This document shows positions 38,172 to 45,064 of a stretch of DNA of 64,000 nt, piece by piece. The number at the start of each line of letters is the position of its first letter. Position 1 is the first letter of the stretch. The translations under genes and the position numbers were made by a program. The notes beneath the pieces were generated by a model that was not told the DNA's origin, searched no databases, and saw only the letters and a program-made list of their open reading frames with translations. Source of the DNA: an uncultured Candidatus Saccharibacteria bacterium (GTDB lineage: Bacteria > Patescibacteriota > 4484-211 > JAGQKX01); the NCBI GenBank assembly GCA_964392315.1, contig CAYMOT010000004.1, positions 1,981 through 65,980 on the forward strand. The letters are read 5' to 3'.

Positions 38172-40787
38172 ATGCTCTGTGAACAATGCCAACAAAATCA
38201 AGCGACTACTCAGATTACGCATGTATCAAATCGGGGCTCTCGAACGGTAAATCTATGCGAAGTGTGTGCTGCACGTGCACGTGGTGCGTCATTTTCGTCT
38301 GGATACTCGCCGTTTTCCAACGTGGGGGACCCATTTTTTAATATGTCAGATCAACCGATGCGGCAGCGTAGGCAAGAGTCGATTAATGCACTGGATTACT
38401 TTTCGGAACGTGCGAAGAACATATTGCAACATGCAGCTGAGCATGCAGTATCACTTCAACACCAGCTCATTGATACTGAACATTTGTTATGGGCAATTAT
38501 TGAGGAAAAAGAAGTAGGGAGTAAGTTGATGAAAGAATTGGGTCTGAAGCCTGAGGATATTGTAAATTATCTCAAAACAGTTTCTCCTGAAGGGACGTAT
38601 ACCGGCAAAACTCCAGAACTTTCTCCACGAGCAAAACGAGTACTACAATTAGCATTCGATGAATCACGCAGTCTCAACCATAACTATGTTGGATCAGAGC
38701 ATATTCTGTTGGCTTTGATTCGCGAGGGTGAAGGGCTTGCAGCGCAAATACTGAATAAATATGCTGTAGATTTAACTAAGGCGCGTGCAGCAGTTATCAA
38801 ATTAGTTGGTGAAGGGCTAACAGAAGGAGAGGTTGCAAAAGAACCAAGTAATACACCAACCCTTGATGAATTCTCAACTGACCTAACAAATAAAGCAAGA
38901 GAAGGCAAGATTGATCCTGTTATAGGAAGACAAGATGAAATTGATCGTCTTATCCATATTTTGTCGAGGAGAACAAAGAATAATCCTGTATTAATTGGGG
39001 AGCCAGGGGTTGGAAAAACTGCAATTGTCGAAGGGCTTGCAACTCGTATTGTACAGAATGAAGTTCCTGACACATTGCAAAATAAACGGTTGCTTGCCTT
39101 AGATCTTGCAGGCATGGTAGCAGGTACAAAATATCGGGGAGAGTTCGAAGAACGGTTAAAGAAGGCGGTAGATGAAGTGCGTGAAGCACATCGGGATGTA
39201 ATTCTCTTTATAGACGAGCTACATACAATCGTTGGTGCTGGAGGGGCGGAGGGTGCAATTGACGCATCGAATCTCCTCAAACCAGCGTTGGCACGTGGTG
39301 AGTTACAAGCAATTGGTGCGACAACGCTTGATGAGTATAAAAAGTATGTAGAAAAAGATGCTGCACTAGAAAGGCGCTTCCAACCGATTATTGTGAAGGA
39401 AAATACTGTGGATGAGACGATTGAAATACTGTATGGATTACGTGATCGCTATGAAGCGCATCATCGCGTCAAAATCTCAGATGAAGCATTATCTGCTTCG
39501 GTAAAACTGGCAGATCGGTATGTACAGGACCGCTTTTTGCCTGATAAAGCAATAGATCTCATCGATGAAGCATCTGCCGAAGTTCGTCTGCGCAGTGTCG
39601 CACCTCCGCAGAATTTGCAGGAGGTACAGGCTCAGATAGCTCGTATTACGAAAGAGCTTGAATCACTCAAACGTTCACAGAACAAGGAGAAGCAGAAAGA
39701 GCTTGAAGACGAATTACAAAAACTAAAGGACACACGTGATGAGATTAAATCCGTTTGGGAAAAACAAAAAGGAACAGACTATCCATTGGTAACCATTGAC
39801 GATGTCGCGTTGGTATTGTCAAAAATGACTGGAATTCCCGTTACAAAACTGACAGAAGAAGAACGTTCACGATTGCTCAAACTCGAGGAGCAACTTCATG
39901 AAAAGATAATTGGACAAGATAAAGCAGTAGAGATTGTTGCAGATGCGGTAAGAAGGGCACGGGTGGGTTTGAAAGACCCCAAGCGTCCTATCGGCGTATT
40001 TATGTTCCTGGGGCCGACTGGAGTAGGCAAAACGGAACTTGCACGTGTTTTGGCAGAAATCTTATATGGGGATGAAGAAGTTATGGTTAGAATCGACATG
40101 TCAGAATACCAGGAACGCCATGCGGTAGCGCGGCTTATTGGTTCCCCTCCCGGATATGTAGGTCATGAAGAAGGAGGACAGCTAACCGAACGAGTACGAC
40201 GACAACCATTCTCGATAATTTTGCTTGATGAGATTGAAAAGGCGCATCCAGACGTATTTAATATCCTCTTACAAATCATGGAAGATGGACGTTTAACCGA
40301 TGGACGCGGACGAACTGTTGATTTCAAAAATAGTATTCTCATTATGACATCCAACTTGGGAAGCAGAATTATCCAAGAAGCATATGAACAGAAAACACCA
40401 GAAGAACAAACTGAGCAAAAAGTAGAGGAGCTTTTAAAAGCGCAATTCCGACCAGAATTCTTAAACCGAATAGATGAGTTTGTGCTATTCCATAGCCTGA
40501 GTGAAGAGCATATACTTCGTATTGTTGATCTATTGCTCGAAGATGTCCGTCGGTTGGTACATGCTCAAGATATGCAGTTACAAGTGAATAAAGATGCAAA
40601 GAAGTTTTTAGCTGAGGCTGGTTTCGAACCCGAGTACGGTGCGCGTCCGTTAAGACGGATAATCCAAACTGAACTTGAGACCCCGCTCTCACAAGAATTG
40701 TTAAAACAAACGTTTGGTGCAGGAGATACGATTAGCGTTTCCCTTGATACAGAACAAAAAGAGCTTGTTTTCTCTAAGGCTTCATGA
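38172..40787 (+). CDS. clpC: ATP-dependent Clp protease ATP-binding subunit, ClpC/ClpE-like (class III AAA+ chaperone) with N-terminal C4 zinc ribbon.
   Basis: N-terminus 'MLCEQCQQNQATTQITHVSNRGSRTVNLCEVCA' (CxxC...CxxC, resembling the ClpE zinc finger). Clp_N repeats, AAA1 'GEPGVGKT', short (~120 aa) M-domain/coiled-coil linker, AAA2 'GPTGVGKT' and sensor-2 region. Confidence 0.8.
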   Translation: MLCEQCQQNQATTQITHVSNRGSRTVNLCEVCAARARGASFSSGYSPFSNVGDPFFNMSDQPMRQRRQESINALDYFSERAKNILQHAAEHAVSLQHQLIDTEHLLWAIIEEKEVGSKLMKELGLKPEDIVNYLKTVSPEGTYTGKTPELSPRAKRVLQLAFDESRSLNHNYVGSEHILLALIREGEGLAAQILNKYAVDLTKARAAVIKLVGEGLTEGEVAKEPSNTPTLDEFSTDLTNKAREGKIDPVIGRQDEIDRLIHILSRRTKNNPVLIGEPGVGKTAIVEGLATRIVQNEVPDTLQNKRLLALDLAGMVAGTKYRGEFEERLKKAVDEVREAHRDVILFIDELHTIVGAGGAEGAIDASNLLKPALARGELQAIGATTLDEYKKYVEKDAALERRFQPIIVKENTVDETIEILYGLRDRYEAHHRVKISDEALSASVKLADRYVQDRFLPDKAIDLIDEASAEVRLRSVAPPQNLQEVQAQIARITKELESLKRSQNKEKQKELEDELQKLKDTRDEIKSVWEKQKGTDYPLVTIDDVALVLSKMTGIPVTKLTEEERSRLLKLEEQLHEKIIGQDKAVEIVADAVRRARVGLKDPKRPIGVFMFLGPTGVGKTELARVLAEILYGDEEVMVRIDMSEYQERHAVARLIGSPPGYVGHEEGGQLTERVRRQPFSIILLDEIEKAHPDVFNILLQIMEDGRLTDGRGRTVDFKNSILIMTSNLGSRIIQEAYEQKTPEEQTEQKVEELLKAQFRPEFLNRIDEFVLFHSLSEEHILRIVDLLLEDVRRLVHAQDMQLQVNKDAKKFLAEAGFEPEYGARPLRRIIQTELETPLSQELLKQTFGAGDTISVSLDTEQKELVFSKAS

Positions 40788-40866
40788 TAAGATCGTGAAG
40801 ATTTAGTTACCCAATTGCCAAACATTGATACGAAACAATTGACTATGGTTACCGGGTAACAATTTT

Positions 40867-41193
40867 TTGTTTATGCTTACTGCAGCACCTGTATACAATT
40901 TTCATGTAGGAGATACCGTTGATGTTGGCTTTACGATCAAAGATGAGGATCGCGTTCGAGTGCAACACTTCATTGGCGTAGTCATTGCAATGAGTGGAAA
41001 AGAGCAAACGAGGACATTTACGGTGCGCAAAATAGGCGCTAATCAGATCGGGGTAGAGCGTATTTTTCCTTTGTATTCACCTCTGATTGATTCAGTACAG
41101 GTGGTAAAGAAAGGACGTCCGCGACGCTCCAAACTGTATTACTTGCGTAATCGGGCAGGGAAGAGCGCTTTGCGCGTCAAAGAAGTAAATTAA
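40867..41193 (+). CDS. rplS: 50S ribosomal protein L19.
   Basis: '[30 protein letters not shown]...[44 protein letters not shown]' matches the L19 family. Possible alternative start at 40873. Confidence 0.8.
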   Translation: MFMLTAAPVYNFHVGDTVDVGFTIKDEDRVRVQHFIGVVIAMSGKEQTRTFTVRKIGANQIGVERIFPLYSPLIDSVQVVKKGRPRRSKLYYLRNRAGKSALRVKEVN

Positions 41194-41198
41194 AGGAG

Positions 41199-41567
41199 AT
41201 GACAACACAATCCGTTGGCAGGTTGGGAGAGCAGCTTGCCATTGAATTTCTACTCACTCAACGATATACCATAGTCGATCAAAACTACAACGTACCGCAA
41301 TGTGGAGAAATAGACATTATTGCAATCGATAAAGACCAACTTGTTTTCGTAGAAGTAAAAACGCGAGTTGGTGACCAACAGACCACTGCGCTTGAATCTA
41401 TCACCGACCAAAAACTTGATGCAATTAAGCGCACGGCGTATTATTATGCATTGGAACATGCAAACGATTCGCTACCCGAAGCTTACCGTATAGATGTGGT
41501 AACCGTTGAATTTGACGACTACAAAGCGGAACCAGTTATTGAACATTTTGTAAATGTTCCGGTATAA
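41199..41567 (+). CDS. yraN: YraN family (UPF0102) putative endonuclease.
   Basis: 'GRLGEQLAIEFLLTQRYTIVDQNYNVPQCGEIDIIAIDKDQLVFVEVKTR' is the PD-(D/E)XK-like core of UPF0102. Confidence 0.65.
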   Translation: MTTQSVGRLGEQLAIEFLLTQRYTIVDQNYNVPQCGEIDIIAIDKDQLVFVEVKTRVGDQQTTALESITDQKLDAIKRTAYYYALEHANDSLPEAYRIDVVTVEFDDYKAEPVIEHFVNVPV

Positions 41568-41595
41568 CAGTACGGGTAGCTCAAATACAACTTCT

Positions 41596-42852
41596 ATGAA
41601 AATACAAACAATCAACGCATACGAAATATTAGCATCAGGAGGTTATCCCACGATTGAAACTGAAGTAGTGTTGGATTCTGGCCATAGCGGTGTTGCCTCA
41701 GTTCCTTATGGAGCATCGGCTGGCTCACATGAAGCAGCGGTCTTAACTGATGGTGACTTAGCGAGATTTCATGGCCAGGGAGTGTTACACGCCATTGAGC
41801 AGGTGACTCAGAAAATTGCACCGGTCATCAAAAGTCTTGATCCTGAAAATCAAGCACAAATAGACCGCGAAATGATCGTGCTTGATGGTACTGATAACAA
41901 ATCAAACCTCGGTGGTAATGCGATCCTTTCAGTGTCCTTGGCTGTGGCGAAAGCAGTAGCAGCGAGTAAGCGCATACCTTTATATCAACACATTCATGAA
42001 GTTTTTGACATTAGCGCGCCAATCAAGATGCCGCAACCAATGATGGTAGCGATTGAAGGAGGCAAACATGCGCATAATACTACGGATTTGCAAGAGTTTT
42101 GCATGAGCGGGATACGAAACATATCGGTACGAGAGAGCATTCGGAAAATTCTGGAAAGTTATCATAGTTTAAAGAAAGTCCTTCAGATTGAAGGTCTTTC
42201 TACAAATGTAGGAAATGAAGGGGCATTTGCGCCAAACGGTATTGCTAGTAACGAAGCGCCACTGCAGTATCTACTACGCGCAATCGAGGTAGCTGGACAT
42301 ATACCCGGGGAAGATATAGGCATCTCGATTGATGCTGCAGCAAGTGAGTTTTATGAGGATGGTATGTACCACCTGAAAATAGAGAATAAAAGTCTCGATG
42401 CCGATGAACTGAGTAAATATTTTGAAACATGGATGGAAAGGTATCCCATTGTAACTATGGAAGATATGTTTCATGAGGATGACTGGGACGCATGGGCCAG
42501 CTTTTTACCAGTAACCAAACAGCATAACGTCGTGTTGATAGGAGATGATTTAACTGTTACCAACAAAGAGAGACTTCGGCAGGCACTTGATAAAAGAGCG
42601 ATATCCGGAATTCTTATTAAGCTTAATCAAATTGGAACACTTACTGAAACAGTTGAGACATGCGTACTGGCAAAAGAACATAATTTGTTGGTGGTTCCTT
42701 CGCATCGGGGGGGCGGGGAAACGAACGATACGAGCATGGTGGATCTGGCGGTTGCGGTAGGGGGAGACTTTATAAAAGTAGGGCCGACAAGAGGCGAGAG
42801 GGTCAGTAAATTTAATCGCCTCATGGCAATTGAACGCGAATTAGGAGGTTAG
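41596..42852 (+). CDS. eno: Enolase (phosphopyruvate hydratase), copy 1. Divergent, with a Gly insertion in the 'SHRSGET' motif (SHRGGGET).
   Basis: N-terminal 'INAYEILASGGYPTIETEVVLDSG', metal ligands (IDAAASEF, MEDMFHEDDW, IGDDLTVTN), 'IKLNQIGTLTET' and 'SHRGGGETNDTSMVDLAVAVG'. ATG at 41596. Confidence 0.75.
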   Translation: MKIQTINAYEILASGGYPTIETEVVLDSGHSGVASVPYGASAGSHEAAVLTDGDLARFHGQGVLHAIEQVTQKIAPVIKSLDPENQAQIDREMIVLDGTDNKSNLGGNAILSVSLAVAKAVAASKRIPLYQHIHEVFDISAPIKMPQPMMVAIEGGKHAHNTTDLQEFCMSGIRNISVRESIRKILESYHSLKKVLQIEGLSTNVGNEGAFAPNGIASNEAPLQYLLRAIEVAGHIPGEDIGISIDAAASEFYEDGMYHLKIENKSLDADELSKYFETWMERYPIVTMEDMFHEDDWDAWASFLPVTKQHNVVLIGDDLTVTNKERLRQALDKRAISGILIKLNQIGTLTETVETCVLAKEHNLLVVPSHRGGGETNDTSMVDLAVAVGGDFIKVGPTRGERVSKFNRLMAIERELGG

Positions 42853-42856
42853 TTTA

Positions 42857-43723
42857 TTAGTGGCATGAGTATCTAGAGTTGTTTTGGCATTCTCTTGAAC
42901 ATCCACCACCATATTCAATTTCACAACTCTCACAACAGATAATCTGTTTATTGCAAACAGCATTACAACAGTTAACGTATCGTGCGATCGGTGCAGTACA
43001 ATGGTAACAAGTGCTGATTATTGTGGGATTTACTTCATTTATCGGAACGTGTACCCTTTTATCGAACACATACATCTGACCATCGAAGTATTTCCCGCCT
43101 GTCTTCTCTCCATATTCATGAATACCGCCATGTAGTTGTCGGACATTTTTAAATCCTTGTTGAATAAGGTACGCTGATGCTTTTTCGCAGCGAATACCAC
43201 CTGTGCAATAGGTCACTATGGGAGTGTCTTTGAGGTGTTCCAGAGACTTAACATATTCGGGAAAGTCTCGAAAATTATCAATTGCAGGAGCCAGTGCGTT
43301 TCTGAACTTGCCAATCCTGCTTTCATATTCATTTCGGGCATCAATAACAACAACCTCTTCGTCACTTTCGTATAGTGCCGCTAATTCTTCTGGCTCGATA
43401 TAGTCTGCTTTGTTAAAAACATTTACTGGGTGGGAAAACGTTACAACTTCATCACGCACAGCAACACGCAATCGAGGGAACGCGTCTCCTGTTCCTTCAG
43501 AAAGCTTCCACTCAATATCATGAAGACCAGGGTATTTTGAGGTTTCTTCAATATAGCGTGTGATTGAATCGTTTCTTCCTTCGATAGTGCCATTAATGCC
43601 TTCAGTTGCAATAAGTACTCTGCCCTTTATATCTAAATCGTTGCAAAGTTGATACTGTTGGGTACGTAAGTGTTCTGGGTCTTCAATCGAGGTGTATTTG
43701 TAGTATAAGGCAATTGTATTCAT
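42857..43723 (-). CDS. trhO: Rhodanese-domain tRNA uridine(34) hydroxylase (TrhO/YceA, UPF0176).
   Basis: 'MNTIALYYKYTSIEDPEHLRTQQYQLCNDLDIKGRVLIATEGINGT' N-terminus, rhodanese active-site Cys region (TYCTGGIRCEKA) and C-terminal Cys cluster. Real start 43723; the longer track ORF runs into the inverted repeat. Confidence 0.7.
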   Translation of the reverse strand: MNTIALYYKYTSIEDPEHLRTQQYQLCNDLDIKGRVLIATEGINGTIEGRNDSITRYIEETSKYPGLHDIEWKLSEGTGDAFPRLRVAVRDEVVTFSHPVNVFNKADYIEPEELAALYESDEEVVVIDARNEYESRIGKFRNALAPAIDNFRDFPEYVKSLEHLKDTPIVTYCTGGIRCEKASAYLIQQGFKNVRQLHGGIHEYGEKTGGKYFDGQMYVFDKRVHVPINEVNPTIISTCYHCTAPIARYVNCCNAVCNKQIICCESCEIEYGGGCSRECQNNSRYSCH

Positions 43724-43726
43724 GGA

Positions 43727-43924
43727 TGGTGGAATTATACAACTCCGCTCGAACACATTTTGAAGAAAACGGCTGACCTTTCGCACCTCGCCCGCGCTCG
43801 ACAAGCTCGCGCGGTGCAAAACCCAAAAATTTCCATTCATTTTTAGTGCGGCTCCCCCCAGACCCCCCGCCGCAAGGCGGAAAATTTGAAAGGAAGGAAA
43901 TTTTTGGTTTTGCTGCCGCCGCTT
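43727..43924 (-). repeat. IR-A' : 198-bp inverted copy (100% identical by eye) of 48166-48363.
   Basis: Direct comparison of the reverse complement of 43727-43924 with 48166-48363 shows identity over the full 198 bp. Begins 3 bp upstream of the trhO start codon with TGGTGG (= CCACCA on the other strand). Confidence 0.85.
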
Positions 43925-44194
43925 CACTCCTCCAAAAAGGCTCGTAGGTGTATTTTAGCATTTTCCCCTGATTTACGCCCGCCTTTTCTCCGTCGTTCGC
44001 GTCGGCGCGAGGCGCTCCCGTCTCCGCGTTTTGTGGTAGTTCGATAGTCTGCTCACACACTCCACCGCCTCCGCATAGCCCGTTCAGCCGCCTTTGGCGT
44101 TTCCGGTGTTCGCTCAGTGGCTTCGGTGAGAGTAGGTGGTAAATCGTATTGCGCTTGCCCCAACCCTCCCATGCGCGCGCAAGCGGGAACTCCC
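43925..44194. other. GC-rich (roughly 60%) non-coding block with several GC hairpins. No convincing ORF and no recognisable RNA family.
   Basis: Composition contrasts sharply with the AT-rich surroundings. Contains CGCTTGC...GCAAGCG and GGCTTCGG-type stems. Lies between IR-A' and the stop of the island membrane-protein gene. Confidence 0.35.
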
Positions 44195-45064
44195 TTATTG
44201 CTGGAATTTTTCAATCATTTGCGTGACATGAGCTCTGTTATTTAACCGTATCAAATCAGTTGTACTATCTTTGGCAAAGCGATTCAGTTTAGGCAAATTA
44301 AAGTGGCAAAGTTTGAAAATTTTTACCTTTGTAAAATGGAGTAGTGAAGAGTCATTTTTGATGAAAAATCCCAGACGCATAAAAAGCGTTTCGTATGCCA
44401 TGAGTAAGGCAAAAAAGTAAAGAAAGGGGATGAATGCCGTGGTCAAAATTGGTGGCAAAACAAGTGACTTCAAGTTTTCCGATTCAACAAATGCTTGGTA
44501 ATCGCCGATGATCTTGCCCAAAGCAAAGATGATAAAGAAAACACCTATTGCTGACAGAACGTAGTCGAGAAATTTTTTAACTTGTGCATACTCTTGTTTG
44601 GTTTCGGCAAGCGCATTCATGGCTACGACAAAAAACAAAATAGGGACGAGTACCAACTCGAAAAAGAAGTTTAACGTGTAGAGGTTCACTATAAATTCGA
44701 GGACGATAATTACTTTTAGATTATCTTTCAAGACTTTCTTAAAGAATCCTTTACCCTGTGTCGCCTTGTTCGTATTCAGAAGTAAAACAAAGGCAGTTCC
44801 AAGGAACCAATAAGCAGTATCTTTGATAAGAAATGTTGCCCAAAGATTTATTTCAGATAGCAGATAAACTACTAACGCTGAATATAAAGTGGCCAAAAGA
44901 ATGGGAATAAAAATCTTCCAATGCGAAAAGCTTTTTAGCAGATCTCCGAGAGATTTTCTAATGCTGCTTTGAGATATTGCCCAACCTAAGAAAATTACCA
45001 ACCAGACAAATAGAGCGGCTTCCCGCGAATTGATTTGTAGACCGAGTAAATCAAATTCATTCAT
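44195..45064 (-). CDS. Multi-pass (about 7 TM) membrane protein of unknown function, translationally coupled to the Type IIG R-M gene.
   Basis: 289 aa, highly hydrophobic with short loops. Its ATG (45064) overlaps the R-M gene stop (45057-45059), which implies an operon. Confidence 0.45.
   Translation of the reverse strand: MNEFDLLGLQINSREAALFVWLVIFLGWAISQSSIRKSLGDLLKSFSHWKIFIPILLATLYSALVVYLLSEINLWATFLIKDTAYWFLGTAFVLLLNTNKATQGKGFFKKVLKDNLKVIIVLEFIVNLYTLNFFFELVLVPILFFVVAMNALAETKQEYAQVKKFLDYVLSAIGVFFIIFALGKIIGDYQAFVESENLKSLVLPPILTTAFIPFLYFFALLMAYETLFMRLGFFIKNDSSLLHFTKVKIFKLCHFNLPKLNRFAKDSTTDLIRLNNRAHVTQMIEKFQQ

Noticed and set aside
38684-39280. 198-aa minus-strand ORF antisense inside clpC.
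   Set aside because: Antisense to a conserved AAA+ domain. Ser/Ala/Pro-rich composition typical of antisense frames of GC-richer segments.
40840-40870. GTTACCgggGTAAC hairpin plus T-run between clpC and rplS as a terminator.
   Set aside because: The stem is only 5-6 bp with a 1-3 nt loop and mostly A/T pairs, immediately at the rplS start. Too weak to call.
42857-43927. Long version of trhO (356 aa) starting at 43927.
   Set aside because: The first 68 codons are encoded by IR-A' and the GC block. Homology starts at MNTIALYYKY (ATG 43723), so the longer start is an artefact.
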